The notes under the pieces were generated by a model. That model was not told the DNA's origin. It saw only the letters and a program-made list of their open reading frames with translations, and searched no databases. From positions 10,034,213 to 10,098,212 of the forward strand of contig OZ234493.1 in the NCBI GenBank assembly GCA_965153455.1: a stretch of 64,000 nt of DNA, in the 5' to 3' direction. This stretch comes from Sphagnum compactum. Its lineage: Eukaryota. The number at the start of each line of letters is the position of its first letter. Position 1 is the first letter of the stretch. A program made the translations under genes and the position numbers. Of the stretch, positions 1 to 12,863 are shown one piece after another.

Positions 1-194
1 AATTTAGGAGAAGAGCTTGAAGACTTACTTTGTCAATGGTTGATGTAGAGATGTTGTTATAGACCAAATTGTTGGAATCTCCATTGAAGCTATAGATGCT
101 TCAATTAGAAGAGTGCCTCAATGAATGCAATAACAATCAATAGCAACAATGTCATGAACACCAAAACTCTGAAGGAGCAAGAAGACCTCAAAGG

Positions 195-350
195 CCACAT
201 TTAGACAACTTAAACAACTCACACCTCAAACCTCCAACCTCACACATTCACATTCATAGTGCTTCACAAACCTTCATAAACCTTCATAAACCTTCACAGA
301 CCTTAGACCTAAGTAGACCTCAAACCTTAGATAAAAACGTTGAACGCTTA
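195..350. repeat. Degenerate short-period tandem repeat (AAACCTCA / AGACCTCA / AAACCTTCA units)
   Basis: Repeated motifs such as aaaccttcat x2, agacctta and agacctcaaacctta. The same motif family recurs at 1075-1445. Confidence 0.6.
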
Positions 351-1074
351 TGTAATGATATCAGCAGCTACAGCTTTGTAGCAATTTGACATGCCATAAG
401 GGATGAGCTACAACCAATACTGGGTGCATGCAGCAAATTTGGAAATACAAAACTCTCAAGTGGGAACTAATCGCCTATAGCGTACTCACAAGTTGCTAAT
501 GCAACAACAAGTGACAATAATAGGAGTTTCGCTATTAATGTTGCAACAACAAAGGTCCATGACACATTGTTGCCACATTTGCAGCAAGAGGACAAATTAC
601 TCGAGAGATTCTAGAGAATCATCATATTCTTCACATGACAGTCACCTTTGTTTCTACTAGAATGATACCCACAGGAACCAATCCACTTCACAATAGTGAT
701 AAATCAAAGGTCATTCCTTGACCAAAATCAACAGTTCAAATTTATTTTTTCTTACCACCATGCTCAAGTCCTCTTATCCAAATGAAACCAAAAAAATCGT
801 TCAAACGTTTTGATCCAAGTCAAAGTCCAAAATTTGGAGCTAAAAAGAGGAACTTGGTAACTATGTTGTAGATATAGTTAGAGAACAACAACAAATTTGA
901 TCCCTGGGGGGTGGGGGAATGAGTACTAGTTTTTTGACTGGGAGAATAAGAAGAAACAATTGAACTTCATTAGGAGATTACAATTTCTTCTTCCAAGAGA
1001 TTTAAAGAGCACCTCAAACGCAATGTGTTATGGTGAAAGGGTTTTGTGAACATTGACATGTGGGTGAAAGATCA

Positions 1075-1445
1075 GACCTCACAAAGAGCGCTAAACGTTT
1101 AGACCTCAGACTTCACAAAAAATGACGATTGCTAAAACCTTAAACTTCATAAAAAGTGATGAGTGCTTAGACCTCAAACTTCACAATGAACGCTTAGATG
1201 TTAAACCTTAGAGAAAACGTTCTGACTTTAAACTTCAGACTTCACAAAAAGAACATTTAGAGCACAAACCTCACAAAGAGAATGCTCAAAGCTCAAACCT
1301 CACAAAGAGAGGGCTCAAAGCTTAGACCTCAAACTTCATTAGACTTCTGACCTTTGATCTTGCATAGAGATACCTTGAACCGCAGACCTCTAACTTCAAA
1401 CAAAAAACTTCACACTTCAAACCGCTAACCTTAGACCTTCAAACT
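1075..1445. repeat. Degenerate tandem repeat (cttagacctcaaacttcacaaa-like units)
   Basis: Many copies of agacctca / aaacctcacaaagag / aaacttca. Probably the internal repeat of an unclassified decayed element. Confidence 0.65.
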
Positions 1446-1906
1446 TTGTTGCAAAAAATCACAAATCATAAGGAGCACAAAGTTGACAGAGGACATGCAT
1501 TTTGCACATTACACTCAGAGCTTTGCCAACAAAACTTTTGGACTTCGCAAAGTGTAAAACACTAAACCCTAAATGCCATGAGCTCCATCTCCATCCAACC
1601 CTAACTCTAATCTCCAAACCCTAACCAATTATACATCGAATGCACTACATATCCACACTATGCATATTTGGGCATATTCATGAGTGCCTAGATGTGCATA
1701 CTGGTATGGGCAATTCCTGCCTGGATATGCATGAGCGCTTTATGCCGGATATGTATAAGGACAAATATTTGAAAAAAACCAAATTCTGGATATGGCTACA
1801 TGCATATCCGGGAACTATCCAGGTTCATATCCACAATTTTTGATATATCCGGGCAACACAGGTTCTAACCTGCAAAACTGAGTGCCTGCCCAACACTGTT
1901 TGGGTG

Positions 1907-2394
1907 CAGTGTTGGGTGGGTACCACTTTGGCGGGTAAGAACCGGTGATCATGATTAGTAAGAACTGGATCAAGACCAAGACTGATTTTTCAGACCTGGA
2001 ACCACAATGTCCGGGTTTAAGGACTGGACCCGGAACCAAGTTCCCAGCTATGTATGTGCGTATGGAGCCCGAACTGTGAGACCCATCTAATTGTCAAAAA
2101 CCCATCTAATTGTCAAAACATGAAACGTGACTAGAACCGGAGATTGAGCAGTGGTTATCCACCAGTTCAAGTGCAGGTTAGTAAGAACCGGATCCAAAGC
2201 AGGACTGATTTTCAAAAACCCCAAATCAAAACCAGAAATGTTTTTGGAAGAACCGGGCCCAGAACTGGATTGCCAGGTCCGGCCCATCCACGTGTGGAAC
2301 CAGAACTGGAACTGAGAGACCCGTTCCAAGCTTTCAAAAGAAACGGAACCGGAGGTTCTTCATAAAAAGTAAAAGAACGGGGGGCCCAACACTG
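1907..2394. mobile_element. hAT-type MITE (CAGTGTTGGG TIR family)
   Basis: Perfect 10-bp TIRs CAGTGTTGGG (1907) / CCCAACACTG (2385-2394), GAACC(GG)-rich interior and an internal 19-bp tandem duplication at 2081-2118. The TSD is not clear for this copy, so the family assignment rests on other copies with 8-bp TSDs. Confidence 0.6.
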
Positions 2395-3310
2395 GTTGGA
2401 AGGTTACCAGATTCTCAAAGCAAAGGTTTATTTTTTCCTTCAACAAAAGCACGGTGGTGGTTGACATGGCTCTTTTAAGGATATGATTTTGGGAAGTGTG
2501 GGGGTGGGGGGACAAGCCTACCCCACACCCACCACAAACCTTGGGCCCACAACTCCTTACAAGGTGACTTTTAAGGTTTTAGAGCCCCAACTGCAGGGCT
2601 AATGTCGGCTTGGCACACTGAAATTCGGCACTAACCTAAAGCTACTTCTGAAAACCTGGAACACTTTCCCCAAAGCACATCATGATTCACCTATACCAGT
2701 ATCTATCCAATACCCACCAAAATACAACAACAAAACCAAAAGCAACCCCAGGGAATTTATTTTTTAAATTCAAATTTTTTAAAAATAAAAATATATAGCT
2801 ATATATATATATACATATAAAGAAAAATCAATGAATGGGAGAGAAAGAGAGAGGATGCTGGGGCACACCAAGTCAAGAATTGTTTTCTAAAAAAATTTAA
2901 ATACCTACCCAAAGTCTGCCAATCACACTAAAATATTGTATCCTATTTATTGCTATTGCTAATAGGTAATACTAATTATAAATATTTTAAATTTGACCAA
3001 TTACCTTTATGTGGAGAGATTTAGGAATCGTACCCTAAAAGTCCTAACTCCTAACCTAATCATGAAGAAGATAGTGAATTGGATTTGATGGCATGGAATA
3101 ATTTGCTAGAGGGCCATCCAGCTCTTTTTAGGGGGTGTATTTATTTGTTCAAAGTGTTTGTTTGTTGGGGGACCGGATAAAAATGGTTGAAGACATGAGA
3201 GTGAGTGTCAGGCAACAACAGCATGGGCCCATGTGGTCCCATCAAATTATGTCATCAGTTCACTTCCTAAACGAAGGTATCGTTGGGGGATGCAAAGGTA
3301 TTTTTGTGTT

Positions 3311-3390
3311 GGGGGGGGGGGGGGGGGGGGGGGTTAGTTGGTGGTGGCGTGTGGGACTCCAACCCCCCTCCCCCCCCCCCCCCCCCCCCC
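3311..3390. repeat. G23 run followed by a C6-T-C21 run (inverted homopolymer pair)
   Basis: G 3311-3333 and C 3363-3390, separated by 29 nt. Confidence 0.9.
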
Positions 3391-4956
3391 GCTCCCAAAG
3401 AATTTTTTTTGACAAAGGAGTACAAGAGCTTACCTAAGTTATCAATAGGTAATCGACTCATAGGTATTTGTAAGGTAAAGCACTTGAAGAAATTTTTTAG
3501 TGTATTTGGAGGGCACATATTTTCTCAAGAAGGGGATGGGCCACGGCTGCCCTTTCTCACTCAGAAAGTTTAGGCTTTTTAATAGCCAAAAGACCCCCCA
3601 AAAAGATCCCAAAGTGAGAGAGACACACACACACAATGTGATTTTGGTGAGTTTGCTTCCAAAATTTCCAATTTGTTCAAGTACAACAACTAATTAGTCA
3701 GTATTGAACCTGGCCCAAAATCATTCGGTTGGTCTATGTTTTTTAATTTGGATGACCTTTTTGAAAAGTCCTCCCATCAGTGCCATGGCCATGGACACCT
3801 TAATGGCCTCCTCTTTTAACCTTTTGTGTCATCATGTGGTTGTCAAAATGGTGGACAAACAAACATAAAAATGGGGCCTTCTAAAAGAATTAGTGCCCCC
3901 CATCCCCCATCCTTCCCCCCCAAACTTTAACTTTTTCGCAAGAAGAGCACCCAATGATCATAGCCTTACAAACAGAGATGTTTTGCATTTTAAACTGAAT
4001 TTGTAAGGGTGACACGCCAGGTAAAGCACAATGCCCGTGAGCTTCACTGAATGTGTGCCCAATTCCAGTAAAGATCACAACTGTGCTACAGTAAGATGAC
4101 CCAGAAGCGCGCTTTGCAAATTTTGTAAAGCCCATGGAGGGGGTAGGCAAGCTTTACGAAAACCATAGTCCTACACATGAATTGGATGAATTTTTTAATC
4201 CCATAACACAGTATCTGAATGCACTAACCAAAAAAAAAAGGCTCGGTCTGTACTGTCATGTGTCAAACACTAGAAGGACTTCTTTTCTTTTCTTTTCTTT
4301 TCCTTTTTTTTTCTTTCCTTTTTTCCCACTATGGTGCCAAAGTGAATTGTGTATAAACTTTTACAAGGCTGCTTAGAGAAGGTACTCAATGAAGAATTTT
4401 AAAAGAATGAACAAGGGTAGAATGGCTTTGAGAAGGGATCAAATTTTTTTGGGGGTCTCTTTTTCCTTTTCTTTTGCTTGGGGTGGCAACCACCATCCAC
4501 CATGTCCCAGTAGCAAATTAACCTCAAATTTTCACAACAATTTTTATTTTTTTCTTCCAATAATTTAAAGGTGAACACAGCTGTAGAATATGGTATCTTC
4601 TTACTATACGTCAGGTTTGGAAGGGCCACAAAACTGTCCGTCCGTCCAAGCGTAGACCTTTTGTTTTCAGATAATTGATTCACAGGGATTCCCAGAATTG
4701 TATATATGAATAACGGTTCCTTAGGGAAGAATTGGGAAATAATAAATATAGGAAGTGTTGTGAACTGTGCATGGTTTCTTGGGTCTTCAAACTATAGCTT
4801 CAATGTCTTTGGGGATGATTTATGGCAAATCTTTGGGAAAATAAATTGTGTGTGACATGTATTCTCTTTTCAATTTTGTGACAGAGAAAATTTCCCCAAA
4901 TAAATAGCAAAATTAGAGGAATTTACAAGAGAAAACACATTTTTCCACAATTTTTC

Positions 4957-4960
<4 letters not shown>

Positions 4961-4992
<32 letters not shown>
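4961..4992. repeat. (CT)16 microsatellite followed by short (CA)n
   Basis: Directly visible. Confidence 0.95.
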
Positions 4993-4998
<6 letters not shown>

Positions 4999-5368
4999 TA
5001 CACACAAATGAAACAAAATTGTCCAGAAAAAATCATTGATTGTGCATGTTTTTTGGGTTTGCAAACTATATCTTCAATGGCTCTTGGGACATTGTTTTTT
5101 TCCTAGTGAAGGTTTGTTTGCAAATAATTAAAGAAACACGAAAGTAATATGAAAAGTTGTGCATTTTTGGTAAATCTTTGATGTCTTTGGGGTTGGAGAC
5201 AAAATGTGGCAAGAATGTTTTGATCCCCTTTACTCTTAGCAAGCTGTCTCCAATCCTAGTCGTGTCTAGAAAACAAAATTCTAGTCGTTGAAGCACACAC
5301 CTTCCAAGGTCCCCACTCCCTTTGTTAATTTGGACAACGACATGGCAATGATTTGGAGTGGTCGGGAC

Positions 5369-5987
5369 CACTATTGGGCGGTTCTCACTTTTGAGATGGA
5401 ACCTCCTGTTCAGGTTCTTTGACAAGTAGAGAACCATTGATCATGGGTATTGCAAACTTTTGAAAATTATTAAACCTATGGTCATGGGTATGAAATGGGT
5501 CAAAGAACTACCATGATTTCGAACTTGAGTATGAAATTGCAAAAAATTGCACATATATTATATTTTGAGGATGAGCTATGACATTCAATCAACACATTCC
5601 TTCACTTACAGGCCTAAAATTCTCAAGTCCTATAACCAACAAATCCTACCATAACTTTATCCATAACACAACAAACAGAGGCTAGATGATGATCCAATTC
5701 ATCAAAAATGACCATAGAAGACCTGGCTGCCCTTTATACAACCCACCCTTCTCCACAGGTTTTACAATGGGTTTGGGTACCTTTACCTGCCTTAGTTGCC
5801 TCTCACAAATAGGTCAGGTTCTCCAAAAAACATTCAAAGTGAGAACCCCAGTTTGGTTCAATTGTCAGATCCCAACAAACCAGTTTGGTTCTTTGATTTT
5901 TTGAGAACCGCCAATGAAGAAGGTTCCATACATGCAACCCTTACCCACTAGTTGTTTTGGTAAAAAGGAGAGAACTGCCCAGCATTG
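5369..5987. mobile_element. hAT-type MITE (CAGTGTTGGG family, degenerate)
   Basis: Termini CACTATTGGG / CCCAGCATTG. Flanks GTCGGGAC (5361-5368) and GTCAGGAG, with GTCAGGAC overlapping it (5988-6002), form a degenerate 8-bp TSD. Confidence 0.55.
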
Positions 5988-8900
5988 GTCAGGAGTCAGG
6001 ACCCCCACACATTAGTTTCTCTATCTTAACTCTGATAAATCAAACAGTTTCACATCAACATGAAATTTGCATGGTGCTAAGCACAATGCATGTGTAACCT
6101 GGATCCCCTGAAAACAATTGTATGAATAGAGAAGGGTCGCGAAGGGGTAGATTCTCGCGGGAACTAGGGGATCATATGGGACCATATGGAACCATAGGGG
6201 ACCAACAAGTGAGCTTAGTGTTAGCATAATTTCAAGCGTTACAAGGAAGAACCAAAACCTTGGCAAAGGGAAGAGATGAACCAAGTGAGAGCTTTGGCTC
6301 TTGTCATCATAGCATTCCCCTCAATTCTCAATAGACATCTTCGTTACAAAATGGATGGTTCAAACTATTAAGGATATTTAATCCTAAAACTTCATTATAT
6401 AAAGTAGGTTCAATGAATGTAATTAATGATAGTACTTGGGAAAAAGTGAAATTATCAAATCAAAACTCCAATGTTTCGTCCTTTAACAAGATATTGGGAT
6501 AATTTTCACCACCAAAAACTAGTCTTCCTCTTTGTTGACTATGGAAGTAAAATATTGTCTATGTTAATTGGAGTTAAAATACAGATGGATCTTCAAAATG
6601 AAGCTTTATGAGCAACAAGTGTTTTTATTTGACAAGGTTCATTGACAACCACTTTTTCTTCCATACAACTTTGATGTATGGTGTACATTAAAGATCTAAA
6701 GTATTACTTTTGAAATTATTCTTTTCGTATCATGGCATATGACATATTTTTCATGCCATCTTATAAATTTGTATAAATAGATCACAAATAGATAAAAATT
6801 AAAATGATAAACATGCGGTGGACATCATGTGTGCAATTTCAAAGTTCATTTTTGTTTAGCATTGGTGAGAGGGAAAATCCCTTGTGATAGTGAAAATCCT
6901 TTGGTTATACATAGGTAGATAGAGCATGAAAACTAGGATTTGGGAAGTTGGATCAAGTTATTTAACTCATGTATATATATATAAGATCTTCCCTCAATAC
7001 GGATGCATACCTATGTACTTCATCTCTTCCATGACATTTTATTTTTTTAACGACTGTGTTATTTTTTCCAAATCATTTACAATTCAGAATTTTGATGATT
7101 TTAGCAATTGTTTTGAACGAACTCAAGGATTAACAAACAAACAATCTACTTCCTTGGTCAATAGAAGTGCATGAGGCTCTATTCCATAAATTTCACATTT
7201 CACAATTTTTTGGGATCATTCAAGAGAGATGAGGGTGGACTGTGGCTATGGTCATAATCTCCCTACCCTCTTCTCACGTAAGAGTTATTCCCTTCATATA
7301 AACATTATTTCAAATTGTTTTTTTATCTATTAACTATATCCTACTTTCATAATATGCCCACATTGGTCCCATACGCTTTATCAACATTAGATATCTCCAT
7401 TGGAATCTTGATGCAAGTTGAACAAATAACTCATCACACAATGCCCTTCACGATAAGTTCAAACTGAAATCTTCCTATGTCTTGGATCTAGAACTTCTCA
7501 TCTAGATGCATGCACTTTTATGAAACATGCCCATCCATCACATGCACAAATAATATTCCAAATGTCACTCACACATTGGGTCAACTTTGACCTAAGATTT
7601 TATGCACAAATCCTACACCCATGCATAGCCTCTTTCCTATGGCTAAAGCCAACAAAACAACTCATTTGAGAGTCTCCTTTACATTCTCCTACAAATTCTG
7701 CTCAAGTTATTAATTACATTGATCAAAGAAAATATGTTTGTAGCCCTCTACATACTATTTATTACATTTCAAGATTGAGAAGTTTTGGGAAAAACCTTTT
7801 TACTCTTGCCCATGGAATTGAAGGATTGATTGTTCATCATTGCTTTTCAATTTAAAGAACCAATTTATTTTTTCCCTGTGTTAGAAGAAAATTTAGACCC
7901 TTTTTGAAAAACAAAAAACTTTCAATTTGAAGCCCTTCTTCATACTTGGTTGGCAAACTTTACATGTACTTCTTTTAAATTGCATGAAAGCCAAACTAGT
8001 ACAATGTTGTGTTTTTAAAGCACTCCTTCACACCCTTATGTTGAAACCTATGTTTATGTTTGTTGTAAAAATTGTCATGTTATGCAATGGACAAGTTGGA
8101 GGCGATTTCATTTCTCACTTGCTAATTATGTATGTGCATTTCCTACATTTTTTCAATTCTAAGTTTTCTTTTGCCACATCATTTAGCCAACCACCTCCAT
8201 CATTAGTATTGTCAAGTGGTTGTTGTTATTTGAATATCCAAGAACGGGTTCTTAACCATGTCTATATACAACCAAAATAATTAATATTATTAGTACCATA
8301 CTATTTTTTAGGTCTAGAAAGAATTTAAATTTCATCATTTTAAACAAGTGTCTAATATTTTAGAAATTAATTGTTGAAATGCCAAAATTTAAAGATTACT
8401 TCCTTAAATTTCAGGAATTTTGGCTAAGTTTTAATGGTGTTTAAACTTTCTATTACATTACATCACATTCTTCTTCTCTTGAGTGGTGTTTTCTTTTGGC
8501 AAAATGTTTTTTTTCAATTAAAAGAAATGGATTTCAAAGCCCTTCCTTAAATCTAAGCCTTAAAAAATACAAAATTCACATAAATCTTAGGCCATTGATC
8601 TCTTGTGTAATCCACAAATGTTGATTAAGGTCAGCTGCTTTTAGCCCATGACTTGAAGCATCACAAGGGAGTGTAACCATTGTCATAATTAGAAGCTACC
8701 ATTGTAGCTAGCCATCACAGTGGTAGAAGAGGGTTTCACCAAAGATGAATACTATGTAAAGCAAGTTGTAGCCATCATTTTGTGATCCCCTTTCAAAACT
8801 TTTCATCACCTTCCATCACCTTTAGTAATGAAGGCAGCATGTAGAAGGAGGTGATTTTTGCCATCAATAAATTTTTAAAGGTTTTAAGATCTTTTCTTCT

Positions 8901-9789
8901 TTGAAGTTTATTGCTTAGTTCAAGAGTTGAATATCGATATGCACATTGCACTTTCCAAGCCATTCACTATTGTGAAGATAAAAGGTTTTACGTAACCTAA
9001 AGCTTGCAAAGGAACTTTAAAGCATGAAACTTGTTACATGTAACTTGCTAGATTTTAGAACTTTCAAGGCTCAAGCTTCAAAGCCTATCGCCATTTAGTC
9101 TAATAGATGACTATTGAATTTGAATGGCTTTTGCTTTTATTGATGGTTGATGATAAATAACACTAAAGTCTAACAAACTTGTTGAACAATTTGCAACAAT
9201 GAACTACAATAGGCATTTGACAAACTCCAAGCTCCATTGAATTCCTTCAAATAGTCAACCATCAAATCTCAAGTTGACAACTTGTAAATTCCATGGAATT
9301 AAGCAAAAGGTTTCATAAGTTACAAAATTTGAGCTTACTACTTCATGCACAATGCATATTAAGTTTGCAATTTTGCACATAGCTACTAGCAACACATGCT
9401 TGTGATTTTTATGCACAATTCTTTTTTATCAATCTTGTCATTTAAACAAGTTTTTTTTGGGTTTTTTGTGGTTTTTCATGGTCCTTTATCTTGAAGGTTT
9501 TCTAAGTTCTAACTATTTACAAACATTATTTCTTGTAGTAGTGGCACCCTTGAAACCACTAGTAAATTTTTGTTACAATTTTTTTATATTGATAAACTTC
9601 CACCTTTAAGGTCCAATATGTGCTTCAGCAAACAAATCCTTTGCATTGCTAGCTTGAGCAAATTTGCATCCTCAAAATTTACTATTCCAACCTTTAAAAA
9701 TCTCATGATTGAGCTATAAAGATTTTTTTTAAAAAGCAAACCAAATATGATTATCATCACAAATTCCAAGATATTTGTGTTGTTAAATA

Positions 9790-11985
9790 CATTGGGTAAA
9801 AAATGTTGTGGTTGAGGATGGATTCATTTCTATAATAAGGTGCAAAGTATGTACACAAATAAAACATAAGGAAAAACTTTTGGTCTTAAAGATGGAATTT
9901 CTCTTCAAACATGCAAGTAAGAGGAAGGCAAAATCATGGTGTGGTAATTGGAAAATGGTATTTTATGAAAGACTTAGCACATGTTAAAATGAAATCCTAT
10001 ATGCAAGCTTAGCTCATGATTATGTTTTGACTCAATTGAATACTATAGAAGCTTTTGTAATTTACTTGTATTTTGTAGCTTCTAAATGAAGGATGTGCTA
10101 TGATTGACTACAAGAGCACGAAGTCCTTGTTCAAGTAGTAGTGAGTCAAAAATTATTCACACAAGCATTAAAGTGATAGTTCAAGGTAGAGCATGGTTGA
10201 ACACATGCACAATATGATGTTGGATGCCACTTTATGAACTATGGCATAAGCTAAGTTTATGTCAATTTCTTATGAAGTTACAAGTATTGACGACCAAACA
10301 TTGGCAAGTGTCCATGTTTGTGTTTTGTGTAGGATTGATGTAGGATTCCTAGGGAAGTCAATACTTTTATATCTTAGGAAACAATTGAAGTAAAAAGGTA
10401 TTTTTTAATTTTCTATGAAAGAATGGCATATTTTGAATATATTTTAAGTATATCCTAAATATATTTTAAATTCATTTTCATAATGAATTATAAACACCTT
10501 ATTTACATTTAAATAAATTAATTTATACACTTTAAATTGTAATAGAAAAAATGCCACATGTCATTTAGTCATTTATGTATAGTTGCAAATATAGTTGCAA
10601 AAGCAACTTAGTTATCAACCATCAATGGATGCACCCATAATGGATGACATATGTTCACATTTCATCAATATTTTAATCTAAACTTATAGTTGTCACACAT
10701 TGTAGTTGCATGTATGATTAAAATTTGGATTTGTTAAAATTTAGTCGTATATGCAATTATAAACACTTGCAACCAAGGTGCCACATAAGATTGGTATAAA
10801 TGTAGTCACAAATTGAGTTGTTTTGGACATTGGTTGCATATTAATCATAAACATATGGTCTAAATGGACAAGATTACTTCTAGTGATTGCATATCGCACC
10901 AACATGGTTATGCAAACACTGAACAAGCTACCATTTGTACTAAATTACAAGGGCTCCTCCAAACCCTTCATTCTTATTTCAAGATGAATCCTAAGGAATC
11001 ATCTTGGATTCCAAAACTTGCTAAATTAATGAAGATTGAAGGAAATAAAACCTTGAAAAATGTGTGTATTCAATGGATTTCCATGTTGTCACCTACAAGG
11101 ATGGTCTTGGAACAATATTGCACCCTTTTGATGGAAGTGGCACTTGATTCCCCTATAAAAACCAAGGCAATAACCAACCTTCAAATAGTGGTTGATGTGG
11201 AGGTAAGATTAGGTTTGTCATATATTTTTCCCTTGTCTATTATTTTATCAAATTCAACAAACTATGGCATGTTTTTATGTGTGACTTTGTGGCTACAATG
11301 AAAAATTGTCAAGGGGAATTATATGCAATATATTTTGACCCTACTATTACTTTTAGGTCCCTTCTTTTCCATTAGTTCAATTCTTTAGTGGATGTTCAAC
11401 ATGAAGGCATCCTTATCCAATGGATCATGAACTCAATCACCTCAATTTAAATCACCTTGCTTTTGAATGTCAAACTCAACACATTTGGGCTAAACACCAA
11501 GATGTGAATATTAAGGTGATTTATTGGGTGACAAGGGTTGTTTGTGTAGGTGTGGTTGATATTATGAAACAAGAATTTTCACAAGCATCATTGTCCTTGG
11601 TTGTAGGATTATAGTCAAGGTTTCCCATAGAACAATTCATGAATGTATGAAGGATAGTTTATCCCCAATATTGGTTAAAAGAGGATGTTGATTTTAGCAA
11701 GCATATCAAGATTTTAAAAAGAATTAAATGACAAAGCAAAAATACATCAATGGCACAATGGTCGAACCACCCCTATTGAATGTTCATCATCTTCCTTGTT
11801 TAAATTATCAATGAAGAATAATGCCAAATATGTCTTAAACCTCCTTTGGATTTGAATATCATTGTCAAGTAGTGGCATAATTTCAAATCTTCCTAGGTTT
11901 TCCTCATGAAAATGCTTGAGTATTTTAAGATTGTAGAGATTGTTATTGCCCAATTGATAAGTTTAATCGAGGATAAAATGTGTGT
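9790..11985 (+). pseudogene. Decayed hAT transposase (ZNF862-like subgroup), with stops, frameshifts and an insertion
   Basis: N-terminal WVKNVVVEDG..IRCKVC..KEKLLVLK..LFKHA zinc-finger-like block; SIS(D>Y)EVTSIDDQ..SVHV block near 10261; IAYRTNMVMQTL at 10886; LQGLLQTLHSYF..LAKLMKIEGNKTLKNVCIQWISMLSP (ORF 10864-11301); C-terminal dimerisation-domain-like LEYFKIVEIVIAQLIS near 11915. Confidence 0.8.
10348..10885. mobile_element. Non-autonomous CACTA-like insertion inside the hAT transposase
   Basis: Right end ACTTCTAGTG resembles the CACTA TIR at 42371-42380. Left end CCTAGGGAAG is degenerate, and ATT lies on both sides. The interior has TAGTTGCA/TGCAACTA motifs like the 41069-42380 element. 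Confidence 0.55.
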
Positions 11986-12066
11986 TTGCTAAGAGAAAAA
12001 GATTGAAAAACTTTAGTAATATAATCAAACACAATAGACAATATGAAAACACATGTTATGAGAATT

Positions 12067-12863
12067 GGAAAACTTTTCCTTGGGTGGTACCACTAAGAAC
12101 CACCTTGCCAAAATCATAGGAAAGTTAGACTGAATTTAAGAAATAAAATTCCATTTCTTTATACATTGGTTTATTTGATGGACTAGGTGGGCTATGTGTT
12201 CCCCACCTATGCACACACTCATGAAAAATAATGAACACCCAAAAACCTATAATATGCATTAACATTTTGATTCTTGAACCATTCCTAACCCATTCTTGAC
12301 CCAGTTCCTAACTTTTTCCTTTTAAGTGTCCTTACACTTACACATTAGATATTTTTTCTTGTTTATTTAGTACATGCACAAGGGAATGATCCAAACTAAT
12401 CATTAAAATTACAAAATGTGAAAATAGTTATCATTTGTGTTCTTGACATCAATGGCTTTTCAAGGCTTCACAATTTTGATTTCAAAATTCATAATTAAAT
12501 CAAAATTGATTCTATCAATTATCTATAAAAGACATCAAGTAGGTTGGCATTTGAATTATTCTTGAAAAATAACATTTAAGAAAACTTCCCAAAAAATAGA
12601 TTCCTTTTGTGTTCTTGATAAACAAAATTCTTCGTGTGACATTCTTAAAACTTTTTGCTTATGCATTCATTTTCCACATCAAAACACATTTTTCTGTAAA
12701 TTTAATTAGAATTTTGAATTTTATATGACTTGGGTAACCTTTTGATAAATAATTGGAATGAAAAAAAAAAGTTATGCGAATTTTATGTTGTCCTGAAGTT
12801 GGATGGGTTACAAAAGCTTGGGGTGTGACATTCTTAGAGGTACTACCCAAGGATAAGTTTGCC
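12067..12863. mobile_element. Unclassified TIR element (MITE)
   Basis: ~33-bp imperfect inverted repeat GGAAAACTTTTCCTTGGGTGGTACCACTAAGAA (12067-12099) vs TTCTTAGAGGTACTACCCAAGGATAAGTTTGCC (12831-12863). TSD not resolved. Confidence 0.55.

Noticed and set aside
905-930. GGGGGGTGGGGGAA-TG as a polypurine tract plus LTR start
   Set aside because: No second LTR, PBS, TSD or gag/pol motif could be found.
1560-1625. AAACCCT telomere-like motifs (also 34293-34310 and 63408-63450)
   Set aside because: Only one or two scattered units, not an interstitial telomeric array.
3135-3573. Poly-Gly/poly-Pro ORFs
   Set aside because: Translations of the G and C homopolymer runs.
6000-8300. Decayed coding-like sequence (similar stretches at 15400-16300, 39500-41000 and 59700-61200)
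   Set aside because: Probably old TE remnants, but no diagnostic motif or termini could be established by eye.
12054-12830. Solo LTR suggested by minus-strand TGTCACACCCC..CATAACA ends
   Set aside because: No matching TSD. The region is better explained by the 33-bp inverted repeats at 12067 and 12863.
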